64,000 nt of DNA from Escherichia phage U1G, in the sequence record NC_070872.1. One strand, given 5' to 3'. Each line of letters starts with the position of its first letter. Within the stretch, counting starts at the first letter, position 1. The position numbers and the translations under genes are program-made. Of this stretch, positions 48,175-59,972 are shown piece after piece. The notes beneath the pieces are model-generated. The model was given only the letters and a program-made list of their open reading frames with translations. It was not told the origin of the DNA and did not search any database.

Positions 48175-50138
48175 TTACCGATTTTGTCTTGGTTGCATAT
48201 ACTCAGGCAAACCTTGTGCCTGACGTAGGTAACGTGCAGCACGTTCTTCATCTTCCTTGGCTCGTGCTCTGTCCACACTAGCCTGTGACCGAAAACCTCT
48301 TGGAGCCAGGTTATCTGGGTCTGCTTGTACTTGGGCTTGTGCAGCTTGTAGCATTGCAGCAGCTTTAGTAACAGCCTCCTGACGAGCAGGTAACAATGCA
48401 GTAAGACCTGTTTGTCCAGTGTTAATCTTGTTCTGGGTATTTGTCAGTGCAGCTACAGCAGCATCATAAGCAGTCTGTGCTGCCTGAATATTCTGCATAG
48501 CTTGAGCACGTCCGAGATTACGTACACTGCCTTCCAGTGGTTCGCCTCGTTGTACACCCTCAATTAACTGATCTACCAGACGGTCATTAAGACGCATACC
48601 ATTACCAGCTTCATTAGTAATGAATGGGTTAACTGCATCAATAGCACGGCTAATGTACCCTTCTGGTACACCGGTCTGTGCACGTTGCATAACAGCAGCA
48701 GCCATAGCTGGTGACATATTTCCACGTTGAGAAATATCAGTTAGTCGGTTAAGTACCCAGTTACGGTCAGCACCCTTAAAGTCACCATCCAGTAGACGAT
48801 TAGCAATCTCACCTACTGGAGTATTATCGGTAACAGTACCCAGGAAATCGGTATTAAGACTACCAGTGTTATCCTGCATAGAACGAGTACCAATCATACC
48901 TTGAGCCAAGGTAGATACTGCCCGATTTCCCTGATTATTCTGAATCAGAGCGAATGGGTCAGCACCTACTTCAGCTTGAGCAATAACAGGTTTAATCTGT
49001 TCCCAAGTCATATCCTTATAAGCACCTGGGGTAGAATTAGGTAAAGCAGCCCAGGTATCTTTAAGGTTACCATTCTTACGAGCCTCAAAAATAGCCTTAC
49101 CAATCTTCTCCTGGTTTTCAGGGGAAAGAGGCTGATTCTTCCAATCTGAGCCAAGAACTTTGGGAGCAAAGTCTTGCAGAGTAGCCTGGTTAATCTGGAA
49201 TGCACCAACAGGGGAAGCACCTTGATTTGTCTTCATGACATCCTGGTGTTTAATTACATCACCTATACTCATTTGAGTAATAGGGGTAGATGTACCAGCA
49301 AACTGATAAGTAACATCATAAGGAGAACCCTGACGAGTACCAGCAGTACCAGGAGCAGATGTAGCACCAACATTATTGCCGTAAACACCAGGGTATGCAC
49401 GAGCAAGCATTTCCTGTAAACGTGCCTGAGCAACTGGAGACAGATTCTTACTATATGCTTCTGCTAACAAACGAGCATCATTAGGGTTCTCAGCACCACG
49501 GGTAATTTGAGACATCACACCCATAGCTGCCTGACTATCAGCATCATTACGTTGAGCCACACCCAAATCAAAACGGTTCTGTGCTTGGTTAATAGCCTGA
49601 CCACCCTGCCCTTGTAGACGACTTAACATATCCAGTTGTTGGTCAGCAGGTAGTGCAGATAACGCTTCTCGCGTCTGACCCAATGCAGCATTAATACGAT
49701 TCTGGTCACCAGACTGATAAGCCTCGGACAATAAACGAATAGCTGGGGATGCATTATCTAATGCAGAGTCAGTATTCTGTAAGCGACCAAAACGATAAGC
49801 ATTATAGTCATTGGTTCCCTGCTGACCTTGTTGAGTCAGAAGAGTACCTGCTCGTTCATCCAGATTCTGGAGAGTACGCTGACTTACCAATGAAGGGTCA
49901 ACCCCTGAAACAATGCACCAGATGCCAAAGCATTACGATACTCAGTAGGGTCTTGATACTGCATAGCATTCATCATGACGGCATTGCCAGCCTCCTGCTT
50001 GGCAGCGTTCTGGAAATTACCCAGTGCATCACTTAAGCCGGAGGTGGCATTACCAATCATGTTGCCAAATGTGCGAATGCTGTCACCAACTCCGGAGAAG
50101 TTAGGTGCATAAACATTACGCCATGTAATTTGAGCCAT
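48175..50138 (-). CDS. internal virion protein (N4 gp51/52-like); two ORFs in this assembly
   Basis: 571-aa ORF has only a TTG start with no SD and 7-nt overlap with the 84-aa ORF; +1 nt in C4 (49902-49905) fuses them (~654 aa). Confidence 0.45.
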
Positions 50139-50150
50139 GATGGTTTCCTA

Positions 50151-50594
50151 TTAACGGGTTAATTTATTAGCTGCAATATAAGCATCAGCTGAGGACTGGT
50201 CACGGTTCTCTGCTGTAGCACGACTACGAGCACGGTCTTCCAATGCAGTGTTATAGGATTTAATCTGATTATTCAGGTTAGTGTTAGTAACACTCTTAGT
50301 AAAGTTCAACTGGTCTTTGGCTAACTTATTAGCCTGGAAACCACTATAGATATTCGCTAATGAACCAAGTGCACCCAGTCCTAACTGGAAGGTAGGTACA
50401 TTCAAGCCCAACTGATTAGCTGAACCAGACATGAAAGAAGCAGGTGTAGATGTACCCAAATTCGTACCCATACCAATAGTTGCACCTGGGTTATAGTTCA
50501 TAGCCGGGGTATTAAAGTTCTGATTGTTATTAGGCATCCAAGACATAGCAGCTGGCTGTGGAGTTGGGTTGCCTGTTAAGAATGACAAATCCAT
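50151..50594 (-). CDS. virion protein (hypothetical)
   Basis: ATG preceded by AGGAGA; late-operon context. Confidence 0.5.
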   Translation of the reverse strand: MDLSFLTGNPTPQPAAMSWMPNNNQNFNTPAMNYNPGATIGMGTNLGTSTPASFMSGSANQLGLNVPTFQLGLGALGSLANIYSGFQANKLAKDQLNFTKSVTNTNLNNQIKSYNTALEDRARSRATAENRDQSSADAYIAANKLTR

Positions 50595-50607
50595 GGGGAT
50601 TCTCCTG

Positions 50608-53262
50608 TTAAACAAGGTCAGTATTAAGAGTCATATCAGAGTAGTTGCCAACCATGTCTAAGGACAAGTCAGCTATATCTGAACCAGTCATGAGAGTACG
50701 TGATAGGAAAGAATCCAACGACTCCATTGACACGAATTGCATAGGGTCAATTACACCCTGTCCAGCAGTACCAAACATTTCTTCATACTGCTTATTGATT
50801 GCCATCATATCAGTATTGTACTGCTGCATTACTTTCTCTGCTTTCTGAATAGTAGCAGCCGTGGATGCATTAATATACTGACTAATACCATTACCAACTG
50901 AACTGGTAAGCTGCATGATGTTTTGGGCATTCATCATTTCACTTGCCAGAGTGGACAAAGATGTACCGGTAGACAGGGCAGTACCAACATTCATAGCTAC
51001 CATTGAAGCAATAGCTGCAATGATAAAGCCTAATTTATCACCGAACAGTGCGGTAGATACTTTAGTAACAATAGATATCAGAACCATTGCAGCAATAGCG
51101 TTCGCTACAGCACCAACAATAATGGCAGCTAATCCAACAAAACCAAGTGATGCACCAACTGCACCATATGCCCCCAGTATACCTGCACCACCAGCACCAG
51201 CTGTAAATACAGAGACAACCACAGCAACCACTACAACAACAATCTTAAATGCTCCTGTCTGATACCACTTCTGCTTAACCTTCTTATATGAGTTCATCAC
51301 TAAGTAGGAACAGGCAGTAGATAGCTGAGTACTTCGAACCAGCGACATGGAACGGTAGATATTAGTGTGCAGTGGGATAATGAATCCACTCTCCTCTGCG
51401 TCACCCATTGCTTCAGCAACATCAATGTTCACTGATTTATTTTTATATACCCTGTTATTGTGGTTTAAGCCTAGTACCCTGAGTTTACGATAGGTGTCAT
51501 TACCATCCTGCCAAAGTAACTCGTACTCCTGCATAGAATAAAATGTAGTAGTAACCTCAAGCTTCTTAGTTGAGCCAGAGTTACTAGCAGTACGTATGTT
51601 CTTACGAGTAAGAGTTATATCTCCTGCATATCTGGCTCGGAGTTGTCCCTGCTTAGCACCAGACCATGCTTGTCCTGAGTGGGTAGTTTCAGATACGTAA
51701 TTCCAACCAATGGTCATGTCATACTTGTAATGCTTATTACTATGTACCCTAAATTCCCTCTTAGGTATTACAGGGTATTCTGGCAGTGGTGAAGGAGTTC
51801 CAATAGTATGCCCTTCAGTCCTGTTCCACCATTCTACGTAAGCATCAACTGCATCGTTTGCTGCCTGATAACCTGCAATTACTGCTTCCAAAGTCGGGTA
51901 AGTTGGGTCAGGTGGGAATGCTTCAGTAGCCATCTGAAAGAAACGGTAGATGTATTCTTTAGCAGTATCCTCTGGAGTATTAAGGGATACACCAAATGTG
52001 CCATAAATGTACTGAATATCACCTATGTCCTTATTCTTCTTAAGCTCTGTGACTACTTTATCAATTTTTCCACCAGTAGCTTTATAAAGAGCTTTCTTAC
52101 AGTGGGGGTAGATTGGGTCATTCTCTACCCATTGTTTATCATTCCTAATTGGAATGAATGGGTAGAATCGGTTATCGGTAGCTTCAGTTTCAAACAGTGA
52201 ATCCAGTGCAACATTACCGGAGTTCTGTTTATAGATAAGCATTTTGGGTGTACCAACAGCAGTCATCTCAGTGTCAGTACGAGTAGTTTGGGATGAGTAC
52301 TTACGAACCTGTGTCTCTGTGGTTGTAGTGATTGTATCTGTACGTGTAACACCACCACCTATATCAACTACATTAGTAGTTACAGAAGTACTGGATTGAA
52401 CCTCACCAAACTTTTTATGAGTCATTACCCTGTCAGATACAACTACAGTCACATCATCAGGTTTCTCAGTGAATCCTCTACGGTAAACTTTAACGTAGGA
52501 GTTCCAGTTATCCACACTTGGTTCAGTAACAGTACTGTCCTCATCCGGTCTGCCATCAGAGTAAACAGAATGAGTATGTATAGTCTTAGTAAGATTGGTT
52601 GTGTTAGCAGTCGTATCACTTGAGATTGTAGTCCATAACAAAGTGGAAGGTAGGTCATCCTCCTTATCATAAACAGTAGTCGGTCCTACTACTGGTGGAT
52701 TAGTAGAAGGGGACTTATAGAATGTGTAATCAGCATAGAGATATAAAGCACCTGGTTCAAAGTTAGCAGGTGTGAATTTAATAGTAGAACCTCCATCTAA
52801 AGAGGTCATAGTAATTTCATTAGTATCTTCATCAATGTCTATGTCGAATCGTTCCATGATTCGACTTGGAGCATTCTCATAAAGATACTGGTCACACCAT
52901 TGCTCAAAGTCAGCAAAGCCTATCTCTGCTGCCTGAACATAGACTGATTCTCCAGCAGGTGGTGTAATTTGCCCTTCTATAACAGTAGGGTCAATCTTAG
53001 CCAGTACACCTAATGAAGAACCAGCCATACCAACTTCTGAATCATAGTGGTTCTTACTCCAGCTGGAGAACAGTCGCATACGAATACCCGGCCCATTCAG
53101 ATAACTATCAGAGATAGTGTCTGCCATAGTGAATCCAGTATTGGAAACAATGTTACCAATGACAACAGTCTTCATATAGTTTGGGCGTTTATGTATATCC
53201 CCTGCCATGTTATAGACAGAGGATGCTACGTATACTTTGGTCTTCCCACTGAATAAACCCAT
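50608..53262 (-). CDS. large virion protein with glycine-zipper transmembrane segments (putative ejection/channel protein)
   Basis: 884 aa; C-terminal hydrophobic run VVVVVAVVVSVFTAGAGGAGILGAYGAVGASLGFVGLAAIIVGAVANAIAAMVL. Confidence 0.45.
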   Translation of the reverse strand: MGLFSGKTKVYVASSVYNMAGDIHKRPNYMKTVVIGNIVSNTGFTMADTISDSYLNGPGIRMRLFSSWSKNHYDSEVGMAGSSLGVLAKIDPTVIEGQITPPAGESVYVQAAEIGFADFEQWCDQYLYENAPSRIMERFDIDIDEDTNEITMTSLDGGSTIKFTPANFEPGALYLYADYTFYKSPSTNPPVVGPTTVYDKEDDLPSTLLWTTISSDTTANTTNLTKTIHTHSVYSDGRPDEDSTVTEPSVDNWNSYVKVYRRGFTEKPDDVTVVVSDRVMTHKKFGEVQSSTSVTTNVVDIGGGVTRTDTITTTTETQVRKYSSQTTRTDTEMTAVGTPKMLIYKQNSGNVALDSLFETEATDNRFYPFIPIRNDKQWVENDPIYPHCKKALYKATGGKIDKVVTELKKNKDIGDIQYIYGTFGVSLNTPEDTAKEYIYRFFQMATEAFPPDPTYPTLEAVIAGYQAANDAVDAYVEWWNRTEGHTIGTPSPLPEYPVIPKREFRVHSNKHYKYDMTIGWNYVSETTHSGQAWSGAKQGQLRARYAGDITLTRKNIRTASNSGSTKKLEVTTTFYSMQEYELLWQDGNDTYRKLRVLGLNHNNRVYKNKSVNIDVAEAMGDAEESGFIIPLHTNIYRSMSLVRSTQLSTACSYLVMNSYKKVKQKWYQTGAFKIVVVVVAVVVSVFTAGAGGAGILGAYGAVGASLGFVGLAAIIVGAVANAIAAMVLISIVTKVSTALFGDKLGFIIAAIASMVAMNVGTALSTGTSLSTLASEMMNAQNIMQLTSSVGNGISQYINASTAATIQKAEKVMQQYNTDMMAINKQYEEMFGTAGQGVIDPMQFVSMESLDSFLSRTLMTGSDIADLSLDMVGNYSDMTLNTDLV

Positions 53263-53263
53263 A

Positions 53264-54106
53264 TTAGTTCAGCCCGTTGTTAGATTTCAGCTTGGTCAGA
53301 ATGGTATCAATACTTGCATTGGTGAAACCATTCGGTGGATTCAAGCCTTCATCAATAGTCTTCTGAGTAATCCATGCATCAGTAAACAGTTTAGATGCCT
53401 TAACTTCTGCATCACGTTGATAAGAAGTAATCTGTTGTGAGTACAACTCTTTCTGTTTACCAACAGAACCAGTAACAGTAGCCCCGTCACTACGGGTATC
53501 CAGTGTCTGTGCACGTTGTGCTTCGGTCTGTTCAGTAAGCAATTTAAGCTGTTGAGGTAACATCTGGTCAGCATTAAACAGTGCAGCACAGTACGTTTCA
53601 GACTCAGTAGCAATCTTCATCTTAGTAAGAGCATACTCACTCTTGGCAGATAGTGCCTGAATCTTAGCCAGTACAAACTGTGCTTTAGACGTTGCCAGTT
53701 GAACACGAGCAGTAACTGCCTGAATCTGTGCCATAGCAGCAGCCCAGTATGCCTGGTCACGACCAAGTAAGAACTGAACAGCATTGCTCATGCAAGATTC
53801 CATCATAGCAATATATGCTTTGGTATATTCACCACCAGTAATACGGTTAGCCTTAAATTCAGCTTTAAGGTGATTGTGTGCAGATTCCATTAATGCATCA
53901 AACGTACCACTACCACCTACTTCACGGGTAGTGAGAGATTCATTGGATATTTTATCAATAGCACCAAAGATAGGGGAAGCATCCCCACCTGGGATATCCC
54001 ATTCAGGACCGGTCATATCAACATCAGGAAGGGTAAAGTCATCACCCTTAGTTAACTCTTCAAGGAGTCGGTTAGCTTCTACCTCAGCAGAACAAGACAT
54101 AATCAT
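53264..54106 (-). CDS. virion structural protein (hypothetical)
   Basis: ORF between capsid and internal-protein genes. Confidence 0.45.
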   Translation of the reverse strand: MIMSCSAEVEANRLLEELTKGDDFTLPDVDMTGPEWDIPGGDASPIFGAIDKISNESLTTREVGGSGTFDALMESAHNHLKAEFKANRITGGEYTKAYIAMMESCMSNAVQFLLGRDQAYWAAAMAQIQAVTARVQLATSKAQFVLAKIQALSAKSEYALTKMKIATESETYCAALFNADQMLPQQLKLLTEQTEAQRAQTLDTRSDGATVTGSVGKQKELYSQQITSYQRDAEVKASKLFTDAWITQKTIDEGLNPPNGFTNASIDTILTKLKSNNGLN

Positions 54107-54176
54107 TCCTCTTGGTTCAAAAAGAAACGGCCCACGGAGTTACCCCAGTGAGCCGTGTTGAACTGTAGCTTATACG

Positions 54177-54815
54177 TTAATCGTTCAGGCTACCAGCAGC
54201 AATCTGTGCCTGAGCCAGTTGAGCTAATTCTGCTTCAGTCAACGGAGGCAGTACTTCAATGGAGAACTCTCGTGCTTCTGTTGCACGGATATCCGGTAAG
54301 CCATTCTTACCTTTACGAGTCGTAATATTGATGAACTTACGCTCTTTTAGGAACTCATAGATACAGTACGGAATGTGATAACCATTGTCGGTTACTTCAC
54401 CGAATGGAACAAACTTACGTACAGTACCCATATATTCGTTAGCTACGGTGATAATCTCACCCGGCAGGTCTTTCTTCTTAGGGTCAAGGTTCTGGATACG
54501 TACACGAATCAATCGGGTCTGTTCTGCACGAATCTTCTGACCCAGGGTCATCTTCTTAACACCGGCTTCTTGATTAGCACCCAGCGGATTAACAGCAGCT
54601 TCTACTACTGGTTCATCTTTTACTTGTGCAGCTTCAATCTTCTCACGAAGCTTCTCAACGGAAATGTTGTTAGAGAACTTGATATTCATCAACGTTGCAC
54701 GTTGCTTAAGAACTTCAAGTTCGCTAGGCATTGCAATATCGTTAACGGTATCTTCGTTGCCCTGTACGTTCACTTCTACGTCAGTGGTCGGTTTATCGTT
54801 AATGCTCATGTTCAT
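54177..54815 (-). CDS. virion structural protein (hypothetical)
   Basis: ORF directly downstream of the major capsid gene. Confidence 0.45.
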   Translation of the reverse strand: MNMSINDKPTTDVEVNVQGNEDTVNDIAMPSELEVLKQRATLMNIKFSNNISVEKLREKIEAAQVKDEPVVEAAVNPLGANQEAGVKKMTLGQKIRAEQTRLIRVRIQNLDPKKKDLPGEIITVANEYMGTVRKFVPFGEVTDNGYHIPYCIYEFLKERKFINITTRKGKNGLPDIRATEAREFSIEVLPPLTEAELAQLAQAQIAAGSLND

Positions 54816-54844
54816 ATTTCCTGTGGTTCATTTAGTTTTATTAA

Positions 54845-54866
54845 GAGGGGGACTAATGTCCCCCTT
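54845..54866. terminator. stable hairpin downstream of the major capsid gene
   Basis: GC-rich 9-bp stem with 4-nt loop; T tract on + side, A-rich on - side. Confidence 0.35.
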
Positions 54867-54882
54867 GTTTTATTTCGGACTA

Positions 54883-56085
54883 TTACAGAGGAGCAACAGT
54901 CTTAATCATAGCCAGACGTTCTGGGCGTTTAACCAGGATACCGTAGTACCACTTGATAGAACTGAAGCCAGTTTCACCATACGGGTCATTACGGTCAGCA
55001 GTTTCTTTACCAGGCATCTTAGTCATGATGGTGAACTTAACAGACTTACCATCAGTCTGGAAGCCAATGGTAGAGAAGGAGTCATCACCAACTACCAGCA
55101 TCGGGAATACATCATAGTGTTCCTGACCAGATACCATAGAAGTACGATAACCCGGGTTAGAAGAAACTTGAGCACCAGCACCTGCCCAATGCAGCATCTC
55201 AGGAACCTGGATAATACGGAACTTATCAATGCAACCGATTTCACCATTCATCAGAGTACCGGCATCAGCATAGTGCTGAACTTCGATGAATGCTTTATTA
55301 CCGAACAGGTCTTTCATCGCTTTCAGTTCTGGAACCAGTTCAGAACCAACGTACATTACACGAGTACCACCGAGTACTTTGGTATCGGTAAGTTTAGAAC
55401 CAGTGATGATAGTAGTCTGGGTCGGGGTACGGTTCTCAGTAAGAATCTGGTCAAGACGCATCAGGTTCTTATAAGAAACTACAGACGGGGTAGAACCTTC
55501 ACCAGTGATGGTAGCATCAGAGGTAGCAGCACCTGCATACAGTACAGTACCAGCAGCAGCCAGCAGGTCTTTCTGGAGAACAGCTTCGGTCAACTGTACA
55601 GCACCGTTCATCAGTTCACGAGACAGGTGTTCTTTCAGTTGGTCATCAGAATCAAAGTCCAGAGACTCTTGGGTAAATTCGTAGAAGAAGCCGAACTTAT
55701 GGATAGAACCTTCACGAGCCAGACGAGTGAAACCTACACGGTTAACACGACCACCATTCTCTGTCAGCAGAGGCAGTTTAGAAGTGATGTTACCGACGTC
55801 TTTGGAAGAACCGTACAGGTTACCGTTAACGATGGTAGCACCATTAGCATCAATACCCTGGTCGTTAATGTTCTTATCATCGAGCAGAGGAACGTACTCA
55901 TACACCTTAACAGTCTTACCGTAGTTCTTCGGCATGTTAACGGTGTTAGCCAGAGGCATAAAATACTGGTCTTTACGGGACTGAATAATAGCCTTCTTCA
56001 GCCAGTAATAGGTATTCATCTGGTCGGAACCAGCACCATCAATGCTAGATTTCTGACCGTCAATTGGAGCGTTATAGTTTAACAT
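54883..56085 (-). CDS. major capsid protein
   Basis: 400-aa ORF downstream of the scaffold-like and portal genes; size and position match N4 gp56. Confidence 0.6.
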   Translation of the reverse strand: MLNYNAPIDGQKSSIDGAGSDQMNTYYWLKKAIIQSRKDQYFMPLANTVNMPKNYGKTVKVYEYVPLLDDKNINDQGIDANGATIVNGNLYGSSKDVGNITSKLPLLTENGGRVNRVGFTRLAREGSIHKFGFFYEFTQESLDFDSDDQLKEHLSRELMNGAVQLTEAVLQKDLLAAAGTVLYAGAATSDATITGEGSTPSVVSYKNLMRLDQILTENRTPTQTTIITGSKLTDTKVLGGTRVMYVGSELVPELKAMKDLFGNKAFIEVQHYADAGTLMNGEIGCIDKFRIIQVPEMLHWAGAGAQVSSNPGYRTSMVSGQEHYDVFPMLVVGDDSFSTIGFQTDGKSVKFTIMTKMPGKETADRNDPYGETGFSSIKWYYGILVKRPERLAMIKTVAPL

Positions 56086-56101
56086 ATCATCTCATTCCTG
56101 T

Positions 56102-57322
56102 TTAAAGACTACCCGGTACTGGGAGTTTAGCGAAATCTTCGTCACTCATAGCGAGTGGGTTTACAATAGGCGTTGCTTTACGTGTAGCAGCCCGATTAAG
56201 GGAAGCTGCTTTAGCTTGCTCGTTGTTAGCCAGAGTCTGCTTAGGTTGTGCTACACGCACTACCGGCTGAACCGCTGGTTTAACTGCTTGTACTGGTTCA
56301 GGCTTAGCTACTTGGTTAAATGCTCCCTGTTGTGCAAGGAGATTGCCAACGTAGTTATAAGCCTGAATAAACGGAGTACCTACCGGAATCTGACCTAACA
56401 TTTGAAGACGATTCACTTCGTTAGCAATGGTGTCATAAATACCATTCTCACGCTGTTCGTGAATCGTATGGAGTAAGCCACGATTCTGATAAAGAGCATC
56501 TTTACTGGCAGCATCCCATGTCGAGCCAATAACACCTAATGTAGCTTGTCCTTCTTGAGTAGACTTTAAGTCGTCAATTTCGGTTGCAAAATCTGCTTCG
56601 GTGTCGGTAACACGGTGATTGCCACCCTGGTAGTTAATTTCCTCATCTGGGTTAAAGTCCAGAGGGTCTGTACCAGAGTCTTTGAGCAACTTCTTAATGG
56701 CCTCAGGATTCTTCTTATCCAGGTCAATCAGGAAAGAAAGTTTGTCCTCATCCATTAAACCGTTGTTCTGTAACATCAGCATTACCTTACGGTATGGCTG
56801 TAGTTCTTGCATTTTGCGAGTATAGTTAGCACCCATCTGCATTAGGCTAATGGCCTCCTCCGGTGAACGGGGAGTAATCATTTTGCCGTTAGCTTTAAAA
56901 GGAGCCATCAACTTCTCGTAACCTTCCTTATAGTTGAAGTCAGCAGGCAGACCTTCAGACTGTTTGCCTTCTTCTTTCTGTTCCTGGCCTGGTTCAGCAG
57001 TAGAAGGTTCAGCTTTAGTAATCGGCTTACCGTTACTATCAACTTCTGTGTCAACAACTTTATCATCAACTTTATCAGAAGTTAAAGAATTTGCTTCATC
57101 TTCTTCAACTGGTTCGGTTTCAGGGGAGGTTTCTTCGGTTGGTAGGTCTTCAACAGCAGAGGTGTCAACTTCTTCATCAGGAGTCTGTACGCCGTTGGTT
57201 TCAGGGTTGTTCTGAGTGGAAGTATCTTCCTCAGCGATAACTGCTGGGGCTTCCATATTCAGAATCTCATCATCCGACATTGCGAGAATGTCGGAAGCTG
57301 TGGTTGCAGCTTCCGTAGTCAT
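56102..57322 (-). CDS. putative scaffolding protein
   Basis: Highly acidic N-terminal region; between portal and capsid genes. Confidence 0.35.
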   Translation of the reverse strand: MTTEAATTASDILAMSDDEILNMEAPAVIAEEDTSTQNNPETNGVQTPDEEVDTSAVEDLPTEETSPETEPVEEDEANSLTSDKVDDKVVDTEVDSNGKPITKAEPSTAEPGQEQKEEGKQSEGLPADFNYKEGYEKLMAPFKANGKMITPRSPEEAISLMQMGANYTRKMQELQPYRKVMLMLQNNGLMDEDKLSFLIDLDKKNPEAIKKLLKDSGTDPLDFNPDEEINYQGGNHRVTDTEADFATEIDDLKSTQEGQATLGVIGSTWDAASKDALYQNRGLLHTIHEQRENGIYDTIANEVNRLQMLGQIPVGTPFIQAYNYVGNLLAQQGAFNQVAKPEPVQAVKPAVQPVVRVAQPKQTLANNEQAKAASLNRAATRKATPIVNPLAMSDEDFAKLPVPGSL

Positions 57323-57341
57323 AGGAAATATCTCCGGTTAA

Positions 57342-57686
57342 TTATTCGTCTTCAGGTTCAGCACGAACTGCGTCGAGTTCTTCTTCTACCTGAAGAATAA
57401 CGTCAGCTTCGTTTTCACCCATACGAATGGCGAGGTCGAGCCAACGACGTAAGTGACCAGCAGCTTGAGCCATGTTAAGTGCATCTGCACGGTTATTTGG
57501 TTCAAGCAGTGGGTCACCAGACTCCTGCACGTAACGTGCACAATCTTCTACACAGAACTGGCGAAGAATTACTTTACGGAACAGTGGATTCTCCAGAAGT
57601 TTACGTACATCTTCTGCGTGTGCAACTGCACCTTTAGCAGCTTCCAGTCGATGTTCCAGTCCAGCGATTGTTGATTCTTTACTCAT
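57342..57686 (-). CDS. hypothetical head-assembly protein
   Basis: ORF. Confidence 0.4.
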   Translation of the reverse strand: MSKESTIAGLEHRLEAAKGAVAHAEDVRKLLENPLFRKVILRQFCVEDCARYVQESGDPLLEPNNRADALNMAQAAGHLRRWLDLAIRMGENEADVILQVEEELDAVRAEPEDE

Positions 57687-57699
57687 GTGAAGGTCTGCC

Positions 57700-59970
57700 T
57701 TACAAGTTCATGCCAAGAGCCGATGCTGGGTCTTGGCTAGGGTCATAGAATTGGGAACTAAGTGAATAAGCTGGGTCTTGTTGTGCAGCTAAGTCACGTT
57801 CTGGTATAGAGTTCCCGTTAGTCAAAGCGTTATATCCAACAGCAGCAGATATGTTGGGGGTAGTTTCACCTTCTTTAGTAGGTGTTGTCAACGCCTTAGT
57901 TATCTGAAGGTTTTGGTTTCCTTGGGATTGTGCTTTTTGTTTTTCCATATCACGAGCATGTTTAGTACCAGATTCCTGTTCCAGATAATCCAGGTCTTTA
58001 AGGTCACCACTAGAAGCAGCTTCTTTAGCTTTAGCATTATTGAGTGCAATCTTACTTTGTAACTCTTCATTCTCAAGCTGTGCTTTCTGAATTGCCAATT
58101 GCTTAAGCTGTTCTTCCATAGGGTCTGGTTGTGGTTGCCAAGTACGTAACTCATGAGCAAGGTCTGGCATACGTTTAAGTTCTGCAATCTTAGCTACAAG
58201 AGATAACGTAATAGACTGGTCAACTGTGTTGCCTAGTGTTTGAACCATGAAGCCCAAATCCTGGGACTTCTGGTTATCAATTTCAGCAGTGTTAATATCA
58301 ACCTCAATATCGAAGTTACCTTTAAGGTCTTCACGGTTAATTTCTACATACTGTTCATTAGTAATACGTACCACTTCCTTCTCAGATAAAAACACAGCAT
58401 TCATTGCACAAATTTTAGTACCAATGTCTGCCATACCCTTAGCTAATCGACGAAGGATTGCCATCTCACGTTTGGATGCTGCATCTAGTACACCACGAAT
58501 ACCAGCAGCTACATCACCGTAAGCTTCCCCAGTTACACCACCTGAGAATGCTTTAACACCAGTTAGTGCTTCTGCTTCCTGGTTTTGCATCTGAGTCATT
58601 ACTATTGCCGATTGAGGTAACTCAGGGAACTTATGTTCCATGATGGCCTGACTAGGATTACCCTGCATTGGGTTGTATTCATAGTCTTGCCCATCATCAT
58701 ATCGACGACGGTTCAGGGTATCTAACATCCCTTTAGGGTAACCACGTTGACCATTTGCACTTCGACCCAACAGGTCAATCATCCCACGCATGGTTGCACC
58801 AAGAATTGCCTGGTTATCCCCCAACAGTTCAGCATCAGCTTCACCGTAGAGTTCACGTTTACGGGGCATATAAGGAACAACTACCAATGGTAACTTGCCG
58901 TCAGGAAATGGGTTCTTCTCCATACGAATAAGAGTAGAACCAATCCAGGTAGCAACAATTGGTTCCAGTGAACCATCATCGTTAATGTCGTAGAATCCCC
59001 AATACTCATAAGCAATTACTTTCTTGCGAAGTGCATCCTTAAACTGGAAGTCACCAGGAGTTTTACTTTCATGGTCTGGGTCAGTCATAGGACTGGAACT
59101 TTCCCAGTCAATCTTATCCAGGTTGTGATAACGGTCTTTGTTCTTCATGAGGTCTGCTTTACATGTCTCAAACGAAATGACTGCATACAAAGCCTTATCC
59201 AAATCACCATTACAGCTTGGATCAATAACTACGTTATTGGGGTTAAGCATTTCAACGGTAGGTCTGTTAACCAGTGCTTTCTCTACTTCTACTTCAGTAA
59301 CCCCCGTCTGGATTGCGTAAGTAGCTTCCCCGGTTTCATTGAAGTAGTTAACAGCTTCTTTAATATCTTCCGGCATCGTCTCGTCATACTCACGAGGATT
59401 CTCTGCCTGAAGCTGCAAAGCCTGTTGAAGAACATCTGCTTGTTCCTGGTTCTCAATTGGATACAACTGGAAAACTGGAGTTTCTGTTTTAATCTTAACA
59501 GTCTTACGCTCCCAGCCAATACGAGCAATACCAGTACCATCATCTACGACACTATGTACGTAATCGTCTACCAGTTTTACTTTATTAAGCTGAGTACGGA
59601 ATTGGTAGTTAAGAACTAATTCATTCTGACGTGCAGCTAATTCATCTTCAAAAGTAACAGGAGTTACTTTAAAGAGTTTATTAGACGAGAGGAATGGTTC
59701 AGACAATGGTGCATAACGCCACTCTGCCTGACGGCGAACCAGTCTAGGTTGAACTTGCGAACGTCCTTTAACTTTGGGTGGTTTAGCCTTACCCTTAACT
59801 TCCATCAAGTCATTCCACTCACGAATCTGAGCCATGATTGCATCGTGAGCAGGTTTAGCTGATTCCAAATCACCTTTCAGTAATTGGATACTTGGTTCTT
59901 TCTTCCAGTCCGTTAACTTCTCTGATTGAGCCGGGTCTGGTAAAGGCTTAAAAGTGTCTTGGTGTTCCAT
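57700..59970 (-). CDS. portal protein
   Basis: 756-aa ORF upstream of scaffold and capsid genes; size and position match N4 gp59. Confidence 0.55.
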   Translation of the reverse strand: MEHQDTFKPLPDPAQSEKLTDWKKEPSIQLLKGDLESAKPAHDAIMAQIREWNDLMEVKGKAKPPKVKGRSQVQPRLVRRQAEWRYAPLSEPFLSSNKLFKVTPVTFEDELAARQNELVLNYQFRTQLNKVKLVDDYVHSVVDDGTGIARIGWERKTVKIKTETPVFQLYPIENQEQADVLQQALQLQAENPREYDETMPEDIKEAVNYFNETGEATYAIQTGVTEVEVEKALVNRPTVEMLNPNNVVIDPSCNGDLDKALYAVISFETCKADLMKNKDRYHNLDKIDWESSSPMTDPDHESKTPGDFQFKDALRKKVIAYEYWGFYDINDDGSLEPIVATWIGSTLIRMEKNPFPDGKLPLVVVPYMPRKRELYGEADAELLGDNQAILGATMRGMIDLLGRSANGQRGYPKGMLDTLNRRRYDDGQDYEYNPMQGNPSQAIMEHKFPELPQSAIVMTQMQNQEAEALTGVKAFSGGVTGEAYGDVAAGIRGVLDAASKREMAILRRLAKGMADIGTKICAMNAVFLSEKEVVRITNEQYVEINREDLKGNFDIEVDINTAEIDNQKSQDLGFMVQTLGNTVDQSITLSLVAKIAELKRMPDLAHELRTWQPQPDPMEEQLKQLAIQKAQLENEELQSKIALNNAKAKEAASSGDLKDLDYLEQESGTKHARDMEKQKAQSQGNQNLQITKALTTPTKEGETTPNISAAVGYNALTNGNSIPERDLAAQQDPAYSLSSQFYDPSQDPASALGMNL

Positions 59971-59972
59971 AG

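Noticed and set aside
38553-59619. Many + strand ORFs inside the minus-strand late genes (e.g. 54664-56082 of 472 aa, 39822-40232, 59071-59619)
   Set aside because: Antisense to long, motif-bearing structural genes; Ser/Thr/Cys-rich translations typical of reverse frames.
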